From assembly GCF_016433145.1 (NCBI RefSeq), contig NC_058130.1:86034640-86098639 (forward strand): 64,000 nucleotides of DNA, given 5' to 3'. This document shows, in pieces, positions 46,793 to 60,999 of this stretch (position 1 is the first letter of the stretch; the number at the start of each line of letters is the position of its first letter). A program made the translations under genes and the position numbers. The notes below the pieces were generated by a model. The model searched no databases. It saw only the letters and a list, made by a program, of their open reading frames with translations, and was not told the origin of the DNA. Source of the DNA: Gracilinanus agilis. Lineage: Eukaryota.

Positions 46793-49700
46793 ATGAGGAG
46801 ACTGGCTTTTCGAGGCGCTGGTTGTACTCTGGTAAATCTGGTAAATTACTGATCATTTACACACCCACTTCCTTTATTCCCATCTTTCCATGCTTCACCC
46901 TTCACTACTCATTTCAGACCTTTTTCATTTAATGAGCCCCTCTTCATGTTCATCCAACTTATATGATTGCTGTTAGTGGATTGTATCAAAAATATTTCAT
47001 CTTTATTATAATGTATTGGGGGACAGTTTACCAGATTTCAAAAAAAACAACTTTGTATCCTTTGCCTATACATGAAATACATTTTAGCCCATATACCTAA
47101 TCATAGACATGGTGCACAGGAAACAAACTCTCTTGGGTTATTTTTAAATACCCTCAAAATCACTTTAAGTAGATAAAACAAACATTAAAAATTGGATATA
47201 CAGACCTTCATCCAGTTGAAGTTGTGAGAATCCCCTTGGTTGATTTATACCCTTAATTTCTTCCTGGCTTATAACCTGGCAAAAACTTTTAAGAGCACTT
47301 TTCCTCGATATTATTGGCAACCAAGGCATTTTTTCTTTATGTTCTGATTTTTCCTAGTTTCACAGGAAAATTGAATGTCAATAAATGATCTAGAATCTTT
47401 AGTTTTAAAATAGGATCATTGGAATCTCAGTTGACACTGGGATTTTCTAGTTGAATTAAATAAGGAAATATTAAACACTACCTCCCACCCCTTTTTAATG
47501 TGTCAGTCTTTTCTATCTTTAGCAGAGATACAGTTAGTAATTACAACTCTCATGTTAGAGACTGGTACCTAGCAACAGCCCTGAAACTTAAAAGAGAAAT
47601 TATAATAAATGGCCATGTTATTTGTTACAAGTAAGAATTGTTAAAATGTTCCATCATAAAACAGTTAGCAAAACTTATTGACCCTCAGAGGTCAGTCCTA
47701 AGGTCTGAAATAAAAATTAGACCAACACAATTTAACTTCCCAGGGATACAAATGATACAATAGTGTAATATTTTTGTGAAATACAGTATTTATATTTTGG
47801 TCTCCTTCTGGAAGATTGCTCTAAGTTAGGGTATGGCTATAAAAGTCTCATCAGTAGATAAATGGGAAAAGAGTACAATTATCAGAAAGAATCTGGATTC
47901 AAGATGATCTCCATAGCTTACTATTTACATTTTTATCATACAACTAAGTGTGATTGAAGGGTGCATTATTTTGAGAGAAAAATGTTTTCTGCCTAAGAAA
48001 TAGCCACGCTGTCGCTGATTTTCAGTTTTTCATAGCTAGATGTCGCTGCCTTTTGTTTGATTCATAAACAGTTGACTTTTGTTTTAAGTAACCAAGTCAT
48101 GGTTGTTCTTAACATGATCTTGCATCCATTGATCTAGAATCTCAGAAACAGTTTATAAACACTTGCCTTCCAGATATCACTGGATTTATCATAGTTTTGG
48201 CACCATGATAATGGTACCAATGATTGATTGGTTGGTTTTACCATTTAGGGATGATTTTGTTTAGAAGGTAGGAAGGAATAGGGAGAAATGCTTAGATATG
48301 TGGAAACTCCCTCCACTAATAGGCTCACCACTACCTTCCCATACCTCTGTTTCCTTCTTTGTGATTCTTATTCATGTCTCTCCATAAATCCTTCACAGAG
48401 GATCCACTGAACATTCTAGAGGCCACCTTTTAACATCTTGAGAGTACTTTTAGAGCATTTGGGCTATCCATCTGTTCTTTCATTTGTGATGCATGCCTTG
48501 TTCTTAATCTTCTTAGAGAGAAAATAGTAGTATTAAAACTTTGGAAGGCTTAACTACAATGCTAAATTTCTAGACTGCTCACCATGGAATAAACATTGTA
48601 TTCCTAGGTTTTACCCTTTTGGCAAAAAATACTTAGTTTTTAGTTCCTGAATTCATAAATACAGTAAAACTTCACTAATTTGACTCAATGGGGGAGGTCA
48701 GTCTGAATTATAGGGGTATAATTTCAATACTTTCAAATGTGAATAGCAATGGGGGCAGCTGGGTGGCTCAGTGGATTAAGAACCAGGCCTAGAGATGGGA
48801 GGTCCAAGGTTCAAATTTGACCTCAGACACTTCCTAGCTCTGTGACCCTGGACAAGTCACTTAACCCCCATTGTCCAGCCCTTACCATTCTTCTGCCTTG
48901 GAACCAATGCCAAGTGTTGATTCTAAGATGAAAGATAAGGGTTTAAAAAAAATGTGACTAAGGGCAGCTGGGTAGCTCAGTGGAGTGAGAGTCAGGCCTA
49001 GAGACAGGAGGTCCTAGGTTCAAACCCGGCCTCAGCCACTTCCCAGCTGTGTGACCCTGGGCAAGTCACTTGACCCCCATTGCCCACCCTTACCAATCTT
49101 CCACCTATGAGACAATACACCGAAGTACAAGGGTAAAAAAAAAATGTGACTAGCAAGCCAAATTGTGCTATAATGGACAATTCTATTCAATCTGTTTGAA
49201 GTAGTAGGTAAAATCCAATGATTTTTTATATTTAAATGAATATTGCTAAAGTTCTTGAAAATAGTCCTTTTAAGCAGATAAAGTATTTCATAGTCCTTTA
49301 CAGTCATGTTCATTTACCTAGGGTTAACCTGAGTTCAGGCTTGGTTGAATAATTCCAAGTTAATGAGCTTTTACTGTATCTGCCCCATTGGAGTTGACAC
49401 ACAGCTGAAGGTTGCTTTAAGTAAAAGCATTGTTCTTGCAATGAGGCTTTTCAATGATAAAGCCCAGCAACTTGCGCTGGAATGACTTGGGCATTGCTAA
49501 ACTTTCTGCTACTGCCAAAATTGTTCCTTCAATAAATCAAAAGCTTGGTGGCAAATGGTCCCCAAAGGGCTTTGCTCCAAGGTCCTAAATTTTAAATATA
49601 AGAACATTGCTAATTGTTTTATTATAGAAGAAGTTGGATTCAATGGGCTCCAAGAGACGAAGGGCTACATCTCCTTCCAGCAGTATCAGTGGGGATTTTG

Positions 49701-52700
49701 ATGATGGTCACCACTCTGTACCAACACCAGGCCCAAGCAGGAAAAGGAGACGACTTTCTAATCTCCCAACTGTAGATCCGGTAAGTAACCTTGATCAAAC
49801 ATTCCTAACAAATTTCATTTTCATGATTTCATTGCATCTCTTTGAATGATAGAGAAGGTTATATTTTCTCTCACACTTGCTTGGTATTTCTTAGGAGAAA
49901 TTTCATCAGCTTCATTTATTGGAAGTTTACTGATATGTGAACTTTTTCCCCCCTTTTAGAAAAATATCATATTTACTTAGAAAGCTTTAAAAATACTTTT
50001 TAAGTCTTATTAACTAGTAAAGACTACTAATGTATAGCGTACCACCCATTATAGGATATTTTTCAAAGTCTTGGGGAAAAATATTTCTAAAAATGAATAT
50101 AAGTATTGAAAATGTGTTTCTAATATAAGCATCCTTGGGCTAGAAAGTCTTTTCCTAGGAATCCAAATGTTTTGCCCTCCCTCGTGGCCTCTTCAACTTT
50201 AATGACTCTTTTTATTGAAGAGTACTAACTATTCCCTTTGCCATCGTGGCTCCATACTTGTGAAAATAAGCTTCTAGGAGACCCTTCTGGGTAAAGATAT
50301 AGCTTTATTGTGACAGAGAAACCAGAGGGCCAGAGGTCTGCCAATTCCCCAGCTGAATCTCCAACCCTGATCATTGACATTGACAAGTTTTTAAAAGACA
50401 AAAAGGGGAACTTACAGAGTCGAGGGTTAAGACTTACAGGAATCACTCTTGACATGGGTAAAAATGACCAATAGGTCATGGACAGGTCAGAACATTTTCT
50501 GGGCTTCTTTACAGGTCATTCCTGGCGTAGTACATCCCAGCCCCCACAAGCCCTCTGAAGGCCGTTGGCTTCCAAGGCTTCCCCTCCAAAGGCTACTGTC
50601 CTCCAAGACTTTTGGGTGACTTTCTGATCCCTATAGCCTCTTACATGAATTAGTTTGATATAAAGTATATTATAAAATAGATTCACACACACCTAGGATT
50701 AACATAGTAACTTACTTATGATAAATATGATAACACACACTTAAAATGACTATAACAATACACACACACACTTGGAATTATAACTCAGATATTATCCTAG
50801 GACTACATTCTTAATCTGGTTACGTACACTCTTGCCTGGGACTGTATTCTTATTACAAATCTCGTAGTTACAAGTTATCAAACTAAAGAAATTCTTAAGC
50901 TAATACAAATGATGGGCTGCTTAATTATATTTCTTTCCTACGTACTCTTATTTGATTGTTTTTATTCTTTATTTTGTTCTTAGATTGCTGTGTGCCATGA
51001 GCTCTACAATACCATAAGAGACTACAAAGATGAGCAGGGCAGGCTCCTGTGTGAACTCTTCATTAGGGCACCAAAAAGAAGGTAAAAAATTAGGACAGTT
51101 TTGATGGAACATATATATTGCCATCCAGTGTTTAAAATCCAGTGTTTCAGCACTTTATTTGTTAAAGAAATGATCCCAAATTATTCTTGAGACGAGGTGT
51201 TGAGCTTATTTCAAGGATGCAGGAAAGCACATTTTAAAATAAGGCTGTATAGCTTGAAACAAAGAAAGGGATACTCTATACATGTCAAAAGAGACCAGAG
51301 GGTGGTCCTTTTTTATTTAACTTCCCTCATTCAATTCATAGAATCATAGATGTAAAACTGGAAAGGGCCTAAGACACCATTGAGTGCAACTTCTCCATTT
51401 TGCAAGTGAAAAATCAAAGCAAGAAAAAGTTAAATGGCTTGCGCAGGGTCACCCAATTAGTGTCTTAAGATAGGATTTCCACCAAAGTCTTCCTGACTTT
51501 GTCTAGAGCCCTGTGCCCTATCCCCAACACCACATTTTCTCTCAAAATTCAGTTCATCAGACATTCAGTGTCTGTTATGTGCAAGTTTTTAGACTATCCA
51601 AAGGATTCCCCAAAAGCTACTGACTTGCTTCACCTCTGAGACTTCAAAATTCCAACTAGAATTACCTCTGTGAGCTCTGCTCAAAAAGCTGAGTACCACA
51701 AGATTATAAGCAGTATCATGAAATCAGCTACCTTTAGAGATAGCCAAGACCATAGGCATCAGCTAGTCTACTCTCCTTGTTTTACAAATAAGGAAACAAA
51801 GTCCAGAGACAGAAATAGTTTATACTGTGTCACACAGGTTGTTGGGAGTGGAGTGGACTTTGAACCTAAGTTCTCCCAACTTCAAGTTGATTGTATTTTC
51901 TAATTTAACATATATTTTATAAGGTCTCATTTGTGTACAAATTTTGCAAAAGCTTCCTGAGACCAACTCCCTCCAGCTATAAATTCAAAATACATGGCAG
52001 AGCAGTGACTGAATCATGGAGTAATTCTCCTAACAAGGGCCTGGGCCCACTGATGTTATACAGAAGTCTGTTTTTAGGCATTTGAATCTCTTCCTCTTGG
52101 AGATCTAGATCTCCCAAGTTAGGAAACCTTCTAGCTCAAGCAGGGTTTAGAATAATGTGAGAATAGTGGATTCAAAAGGAAGACATTACAGATATTTGGA
52201 ATACACCATTCATGCTTTGAAATAGACTGTATAACATCCAATGGGGAAATTTGGTTTGCTTGCCTATTCCTATTTGTTAGAAAGGTGTTTTTTTCCCCTT
52301 TGTCATTTCTCCCTCCCATTGGAGGAGAAGGAGAAGGCAAAAGGGAATAGATAGTAGCAAAAAAAAAAAAAGAAGAAAAGAGAGTCAGAGACATCTTGTT
52401 TAAAAGTGCACAGAAGAGAAAAGAAGGCCAAAGGAAGTAGAGACCAATGGCATAGCTTTGAAAGCTACAGGCTGAACTTAATTTTAGACTTAAAAAGTAA
52501 GGCAGAGTACCTACTAGAGATATATAGTTACATGTACAGTACTCTCTTTCTGTTCAACTGTGTATTTGGAAATGGCTATTTTGGAAGTGTTGAAGTTCAA
52601 AATAAAAAGAAACTAAAAAATTGACCTTGTGGAAAGTAACCGACCTTGTAAAAAGTGCCACTATCACTTAGTATAATGATTTAGCTGAACTAATATGGGT

Positions 52701-55700
52701 GTTTTTGTTCTTGAACTCTTCCCTGGCAAACCTATCTCTTAGCATTCTAATCATCCCATTTGATACATATGATGTTACACAGAATTGTATTTGTCTCCAT
52801 ATGAGAGAAAGTGTGTGAGTGTGTGCACACAGGTGCTTGTGTATAAAATATAAGCCATAACTAGTCTGTATTTCTTTGAGTTTTGATTATATATTATATA
52901 TGCCCTCCTGAGTTATTCCTTTTTAAACTTGAGAAGCTCCCTAATAACAAATTTCTACATGGCCCTTTTCATTTTTCTCTGCTCCAAGCAATGTCACCAA
53001 CATTGTAAGCACACTATAAAGGTTGTTTGACAGGCGAACTAAAGACAAGTTTAGAAAGAACTGAGGCATAAATTGGCCTTTTCAAATTTGAATTTAAAAG
53101 GATAGTCTTAGCTTAACTGCTTATTTTCCTCCACGCCCTTAAACTTCATCTATAAAAAGTTCTCCTAGAGGATATTATAACTCTTTACAACATTAATAAT
53201 AATTTGTGAGACATGAAAATTGATATCTTTCCTAATGTCTTTTATCTGAAATGATAAAAAATAACTAGTTACATCATTTTTCATTTTAAATATTGTTTGC
53301 AATTTCCTGAAGGAAATGTTTTAAAGGATGTTTTCACCTGTAGATTTTGGATTAATTTGTATATCTAACACTTGTAAATTATGACAGAAATCAACCAGAC
53401 TATTATGAAGTAGTTTCTCAGCCCATCGACTTGATGAAAATTCAACAAAAACTAAAAATGGAAGAGTATGATGATGTTAACCTGCTGACTGCTGATTTTC
53501 AGCTGCTCTTTAACAACGCCAAGGCCTATTATAAGGTGAGAAAGCAGTAGTTTTTGAAAGGCTGAATTCACATTTCCTTTGAAAATCAACATGTGTTTCC
53601 TCTACCAAAACAGATGATAGCCCCACCTGTATAAAAGAGCATTTTGCCAAATGGATCCCATGATTCCATATTGCACTTGTGATTTGAAGAACAATACAGG
53701 TGCACTTCATTTTATGCAATAGCTTTGTTTTTGACAAGTTATGTGCCATACAAATAATATTTTCCCACTGTTTTCCATTATAATTTGAGACAATTTTTAT
53801 CTCAAAAAATTGATCTTTATTTTAAACTGGTCTTCAATGGACAGTGACTAAAATACTTTAGCTTTAAACTCTTCTGTCTCTCTTTATTCTCAAGTAATTA
53901 TCTATGAACAAATGTTTGACTATATTACATAAATCAGATCCTTTTTTTTTTTTTCACCTTTGGGGACATCCCCACTTGTGTTTTCATTAGGGTAAGGAAC
54001 TTCTAGTTTGAGCATTCCTTTCACCTATGCAGATTACTGACTCCTTTGCAGTTTTTAATTTTAAAGTCTTGCCTAGGATACTGAGATATTAAGTAACCTT
54101 TTTCCTGTGGTCCCAGGGCTAACAAGACCCATTTAGGTCTTGAACCCAAATCTGGTTGGCTCTAAGGCTGGCCTCTCTACACCATGCTACTACTGACTTT
54201 TGGGTCATATCTATTTGAAAGGAAATTTGTGGTGAGTTTTTTGATAAAGCAAAGAATCTCTAATTTATCTGTTTTATAAGTCTGTGTTTTTGTAAATTAG
54301 ATTTTCTAAAAGTTAGGAAAGACTTATAGTCAGCTATGATTATTGGATATCACATAATTAAACCCCAACTTTTGGTGCCTAAGGACAACTTCAGTATAAG
54401 AATTTAAATGCCATTTTTATGTCAAGTCTTTCATCAAATCACTGAATGGGAAGGTTTGATCTTTATTAACTACTAACATCGAGTGGCTAGGTTCTAAATA
54501 TTGTAGAAAGGAAATAAAAAGAAGGTCATGAGAAATGCTGCCATGGTGCAGAATGTACCTAAATTAATTCCAAGTATACCCTATACCCTCCTTCCACTTC
54601 AATATCAGGCTTATCCCCAGCAGGTTTGATCTTCAACCACTCCAGGAAGTTAAAGAGTTACCATAATGTGCATTTAAGTTTTATTGTTGTCCACATAAAT
54701 CTCAATGTAATTATTTCATTATTATTGCTAAATGAATTTTGTACAGAATACTACTTAGGTGAGATTTTAAAATGATGTTTTTGAACTTGATACATGTTCA
54801 GTTGAGGCTAATATTTTAATGACCAGCCCTTGTTTTAAAAATGGAAATACAGGGGGCAGCTGGGTAGCTCAGTGGATTGAGAACCAGGCCTAGAGATGGG
54901 AGGTCCTAGGTTCAAATCTGGCCTCAGACACTTCCCAGCTGTGTGACCCTGGGCAAGTCACTTGACCCCCATTGCCTACCCTTGCCACTCTTCTGCCTTG
55001 GAGCCAATACACAGTATTGACTCCCAAGATGGAAGGTAAGGGTTTTATATTAAAAAAATAAATAAATAAAATAAAAATGGAAATGCAGATACCAGAATAA
55101 CTTAAATGGGAAAGAGTTTTTATCATTTAAATTAACACAGAATATTCTTTATTTTATACTAAACAAATAAGAATTGTCCAGTGAATTTGTTTTCTTTTTG
55201 GTTCCAAGGACTTTTTTCTCTCCGCCCCCTACCCCCAAAGGAGATGAAGGGGCGAGAAAAGGGATGGGCTAACAAAAAAATGTTGAAGGGTCATTGAGGT
55301 ATTTTAAAGTGCCCAGAAAAGAACAAAAGAAAGGTCAGAAAGAAATACAGAAAAGCAGGACAACTTTGAAAGCCACAGTTTAAATTTATATGAGAAAAAC
55401 AAGCTGTATATAATAGAAACCCAGAGTTTCATGTACAATCCTTTTTTCTCTAATATATACTTATATACGTATATATGTCCATTTTATATTTAAGTTCAGA
55501 ATAAAGATAAATTTTTAACAAAACAAAAAAAAAGGAATTGCCTGCTTCTTAATCTAGGGATTTGGCTTCAGAGTATTTTAGATTATTAAGTCAAAATGGT
55601 GATCTATATAGGGGCATGCAGGACGTGTTCAATGTAACCTTTGTTACATTTGTGTGTGTATGTTGTTCTCTTCCTTGTGCACAGCCAGATTCTCCGGAAT

Positions 55701-55828
55701 TTAAAGCTGCCTGTAAACTCTGGGATTTGTACCTCCGAACAAGGAATGAATTTGTACAGAAAGGAGATGCAGATGAGGATGAAGAAGAGGATGATGGGCA
55801 TGACAATCAAGGAACAATGTCTGAAGTA
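46793..55828 (+). CDS. PBRM1: Polybromo-1 (BAF180), first coding exons through bromodomain 1 (3' partial)
   Basis: Upstream coding exon 46793-46840 ([16 protein letters not shown]); exon 49628-49780 ([18 protein letters not shown]...PTVDP, internal ATG 49643); 50984-51081 ([14 protein letters not shown]...APKRR); 53388-53535 ([15 protein letters not shown]...NAKAYYK); 55685-55828 ([17 protein letters not shown]...). All GT-AG with consistent phases. Confidence 0.95.
48751..49140 (+). mobile_element. Two tandem marsupial SINEs (48751-48950 and 48961-49140)
   Basis: Both have A/B boxes and the SINE core; the second is flanked by the duplicated AAAAATGTGACTA. Confidence 0.92.
50168..50767 (-). 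mobile_element. Probable solo LTR
   Basis: Minus strand TGTAGTCCTAGG...TTCAATAAAAAG...GGCAAAACA, with TG/CA ends and a polyA signal; TSD not identified. Confidence 0.5.
54852..55072 (+). mobile_element. Marsupial SINE with TSD
   Basis: A/B boxes, core, A-rich tail; flanking duplication TAAAAATGGAAAT. Confidence 0.9.
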
Positions 55829-56289
55829 GTAAGTGAATAACTTGAACCATTAATGGGTGGGATTCTTAGAAGATGAGTAGTTCTAAGGAGGATGTTTCCT
55901 GTAGAATAGCATGAGCATCTAGTGTTTCCTTTGAAATTTCAGCAACAAATTTGCTAGTGAGTAGAAGAGGCTACATAGCCAGAGACCTTTTCAGTATCTT
56001 CATTCCATGTGAAAGGAGCATCTAACATAATGTTCTCCGAAAGTGATGCTAGCAGCCCTACATCAAAAGGGATGTCCATTGGTTGGAAGTGATTGCCTTA
56101 ATCCAATAATAAGTGCTTCTATGAATTTTTACATTTGTGAATAAACTATAGACTTTTACTACAAAATTTGATTAAGGACAAGTTGAGTCCTAGTCAGCTG
56201 AGACTGATGCCACAGAAAGACATGGAAATCTTCATTAATTGCTCACTTAACCTATGCGTTCATCTAGTTTATTATATGGCTGTAAGATC

Positions 56290-57260
56290 TTCTTTACTAG
56301 ATAAAGTTGTTCAGTATTCTTGGTTGTCTTTTTGCCCTTTTTTGACTGGGTTACTAAATGGGTAGGTGAAGGGAATGTGTTAGTTATAGTTTACCTAAAT
56401 TTTAGTAAAATGTTTGATAACGTATCTCATACTATTTTTGTGGTGAAGATAGAGAGGTGTGTACTGCTGAACATTTTATTGGATTAGAGGCATATTATGC
56501 CTCTTAAACTGACACTCTGCTCAAAAGGGATTAACACCCTGGATGGCAGTCAGGACCCAAAAAGATCTTGAAAAGGCACAATCTAATAAAATGAAATTTA
56601 ATAGATATAATATAAAGTTTTAAGTGGGATTGGATCAACGTCTATAGTACAGAATGGTTAGCAGTTTAAAAAGGACCTAGGGGTTTTAGTGGATTGCAAA
56701 CTCAACTTGAGTCAGCAATGTGATATGGCAGCAAAAAAAGCTAATATGATTTTAGACTCCATTAAGAGAGGCAGAGCTTCCAGAGAGAAGTGAAGGATAG
56801 TACCTAAGTATATGCCCTAGTTGGGCCCCATCTAGAATGTTGTGTTAAGTTCAGGGTGCCAGAGTTTAAGGACGACATTGATAAGCTGGATAGTATCTAG
56901 AGGAGGGAAGTCAGAATGATGAAGGATCTTGAGTCCCTGTAAAATGAGGATCAGTTGAAGAAAATGAGCTAATTACCTGGGAGAAAAGAAGATTCAAGAA
57001 TATAACTATCTTCAGGAATTTGAAGGATTGTCATGTGGAAGAGGGATTAGACTTTTCTGTCCTACCCTGAAAAGCAGATCCAAGTCCAGCTGGCAGCAGT
57101 TGCAAAGAAGCCAATTAAGGCCTGATATTAGGAAAAGCTTCCTAACAGTTAGACCTGTACAAGAGAAGATGAGTTTCCACTCATTGGTGATTTTTAGCTA
57201 GAACCTAAATCACAGCTTCTTTTGGGGTATGGTTTGGCTTAGGTAGCTGCTAAAGTTCCA
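56290..57260 (+). mobile_element. CR1/L3 LINE 3' fragment
   Basis: CR1-typical text: CAACTTGAGTCAGCAATGTGATATGGCAGCAAAAAAAGCTAAT, GACATTGATAAGCTGGA, GTCATGTGGAAGAGGGATTAGAC. Confidence 0.8.
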
Positions 57261-59099
57261 TCTAACTCATCAATTCTTTGGTTTTATAATTGGTTACTGG
57301 GAGGGACCATTGTGAAAAAAACTCAAAAACCTCTTCTGCAAAAGAATCATCAGAGAAACCAAATCTAATATTTCCCCTTCCAAAAATATTTTAGGCCATG
57401 CTTTCCCAAGACAAGTTTGCTGCAGACAAAACCACAATAGCAAAACTTAAAATCTTCTCTCCTTGCTTTTGTAACACTGCTCTCTTTTGGTCCTTCTATT
57501 TGTTGATTCCCCTTAAGGACTTTCCTGGGCCCTCTTTTTACTGCAAACTTTTTCTTGACAATCTCATCCTATCCCATGGTTTCAATTATTATGTAGATTA
57601 CTTCTAAATCTATATATCTTGTCCTAATCTGTTGCTAGTTGCCCCCTTCACATCTCAGTCTGTATTTTCCTTCTCCATAATATCCCTGATGCACTTCTCA
57701 TTTGTCCTCTACTTCTGGCTTTTTTCTGTTACATGTAGCTGCTAAAATGATATGCCCATGACACAGGTTTTATTGTCAGCCAGTCAGCATCTACTAATGT
57801 GTGCCAGGCCCTGTGTAGAACACTGGGACTTTTTTTTTTTTTAAGGCAAAAATAGGCCATGTCTTCCAGGCCTTCCAGTTTTTGAAAAACATAACCATTT
57901 ACTTTTGGCAAAAGAAATAATTATGATGTCATAGGTACTCACATATTAAAGCAAATGCATAAATAATAAAATAGATCATGATCCACACCAGGATTATACT
58001 TTTACACCAAATCATGTTACGGAAGCACATGAGGAATGAAAATACTTAGGGTAACTTATAACTCTGATTTGCATGCAGTTTTTGTCATTGGTCCATTCAG
58101 GAGCATCTGCACCCTACAAAACTGTTTCTTTGCTCACTACTTAGTTGTTGTTCCTCACTGCTGTCTGGCTAAGCAAATCTTCTTTCTCTGAACATAAGAT
58201 ATACAGCCTCTTTCAACTTATAATAACCCTTTAGAAAGTTTTCCCTTGGACTTGGATTGACTACCTGAACTAAGGCAGACTACCCAGCTCTCTCACACCT
58301 AACTCCAGCAGAAAAATGAAATTTCCATTAGATTGAATGATGATCAAGAAACCCAATAAGAAACTACAGTAAGAAATGTCTTCTGCAGGAGAATTGTGTA
58401 GAAAGTCAGCCATTAGCTCATAAGTAATGGGAAAAGGGGCCACAAGAACAGGCAATCAAATCAATGGCCTCTCAGTATAATTAAAGGAGGCCCTAATGGT
58501 GGCCACAAGCTAAATGAAGCAATAAGGAAAGTACCTTTTATATTTCTCTCTTACTTTTCCATCCTCTTCTCCTATTACTTTTGATTAACAAAATTATTAA
58601 TTTACAACCAGTCTCATAATTTTCACTCTTACAAAAGAAAAGAATTTGAAGAAGAAAAAATAGCCTAGAAGGGAAAATGGTGAACCTTACCCAAGTAAGA
58701 CACACTGAAAACTAAATGAGAACATACACAATTCAGTAACCTCATGCAACAACTTTTTTTCCTTTTTTTAATTTAGAATATTTTTTCATGGTTACCTAAT
58801 TCATGATCCCCACCCTTCCCCCACTCTTTCCGTCCCCCTCTCCCATAGCCGACAAGCATTCCCACTGGGTTATACATGTATCATTGTTCAAAACCTATCT
58901 TCATGTTATTCATATCTGCATTAGAGTGATCCTTTAACATCAAAACATCAATCATATCCTTCTCACTCTACATGATCAATCACATTTTTTTCTAATACAT
59001 TTCTGTTTCTACAGCTCTTTCTTTGGATGTAGACAGCATTCTTTCTCCTAAGTCATGCAACAAATATTAAAGCAAAATAAAAAGAAAAAAATAGAAGAA

Positions 59100-59520
59100 A
59101 ATATAATCAATCTGATCTCAAAAGCACTTGACCTGAAAAATAGATTAAGTAGAAATAATTTAAGAATTATCAGGCTCCATGAATACCAGGATTTTTTAAG
59201 GCAGGACACTATGAATACCACCCAGATCTGTTAGAACTAGAAGGTAGCCTAAAAGTAGAATGAACTGATCACCTCTTGAAAGAAACCCCAAAAGGAAAGC
59301 CTCAAGAATATCATAGCCAAATTCAGAACTCTTATAATTAAAGAAAAAAATGCTACTCTACATACAGCAATAAGCAATTCAAATACTGAGGAACTTCTGT
59401 TAGAATTACACAACACTTAGCAGCTTCTATAAAAAATGAGCCAGGATCTTTGACTATAGTATTCCAAAGGCAAAAGATAGAGGCTTATAACTGAAAAGCT
59501 AAATATAATCCTATAGGCAA
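59100..59520 (+). mobile_element. Degenerate LINE-1 ORF1 fragment (further L1 debris at ~58750-59050 and ~60240-60430)
   Basis: GACCTGAAAAATAGATTAAGTAGAAATAATTTAAGAATTATCAGGCTCC translates as DLKNRLSRNNLRIIRL, resembling the L1 ORF1 RRNNLRIIGLPE motif. Confidence 0.65.
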
Positions 59521-60999
59521 AACAATGATTCTAATGGAATAGAGCAGTGATGGTGAATCTTTTGGAACTTTTTAGGGACCCTGTACCATGTCCCCCCACC
59601 CCAGACTGCTTGCCTCTGCTCTACCCCTTGACTGTGTGCAATGTCCCACCCACTCCTGTGTTCTGGGGTGGGGCCAGGCTCCCAACTGACCAAACCAGGG
59701 GCCTGCAAGTATCCACAGATAGGTCTCTACTTGCCATCTTTGAAACATTGAAATGCAAATGAAAGTTATGAAAAACGTATATAGGTCATTTCATTTGAGC
59801 AATTAGAAATATCTATATGATGATGCACTGCTAACATTCTAATAAAGTGAGAGTAAACAGATTTCTCTTTGCAATTATTAACTTCTTCAAAGACTAATAA
59901 AGGAGGTAAATAAGAAAAACAACATCTGAGATTAGGGGAATAAACTTTTCTAGGGCATTTTAAGGGAGGAAGAAGAAGTATAAAAGGGGTACAGTGAGAG
60001 AGCTTGCTGTCTTGGGAAACATGAGTGCAAATATGGAGAAAAGAGCAAGAAGAGCTGCATCAGGCAAAAGAAGGAAAGAAGAATTGAACACATAAATGTA
60101 TATTCCCAAAGAGTTTAATGTAGCAGAACAGCAAACTAACTAGGAAACAAGTGGAAATACAGGAGAGAAAAAGAAGAGGAAGGGTATAGATCCTAAAGTG
60201 GAGCCTTAAAGGAAAAAGGAAGAACAGCAGAGAGAATGAAAATCCAAGAGGAATACCCATCAGTTGAATAAATTATGTAGTATATGAAGAAAACGGAATA
60301 TGTTCTATTAGAAGAAATGACAAAAATTTTGGTAGAGAATTTTGGTTAGTATGAACTGATTCAGAGTGAAGTAAGAAAGAACAGAAAATTTTATGCAAGA
60401 AAAACAACTTTGAAAAAAATTTCAAACATCAGTCAGTGCAAGCACCATCCATTTCTCCAGAGAGTTTAGGTTACAACAGGTCACCTACCTCCTGACAGAG
60501 AGGTCGCGGACTCAGTGCAGAAAGAGGCAAACATTGTGGAACATGGCCCCTGGGCAGATTCATTTTGACTGGCTATGCTTGTTTGTTACAAAAGTTGATT
60601 TTCTTTCAGCTTTTTAATTACGGGGAAGAGAGACATGGCAATACAGATGAAAGAGAGTACCAGTTAAACTTTCTTAAATGCAAAACATGTAAAAAACAGA
60701 AGTTTAGAAGAAAGTAAGCATTAGCAGAACAATTTTGATGAGATGTGGAATGTTATATATTATGTATACAAAAATGTATATGTATTCATACAAATTTAGC
60801 AGTGTTAGATAGAAATTGATGGTTTTAAATATGATCCCCTTTTTTGTATACAATATATATATTGCAGTGTTCCCTTTTTTGGTATATTAAGTTTCAAATA
60901 AAAATTAAATTGAAACTTTGTTAACTCATAATGTTAGTAGCAGGTCAATTTAAGCCAGAGAACTACCATGGTCATATGCATTGTCTCTGGGCACATAGG

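Noticed and set aside
49634-49642. ORF-track start MDSMGS for PBRM1
   Set aside because: It starts at TTG, which is an internal Leu codon of the extended isoform; the real ATGs are 49643 and 46793.
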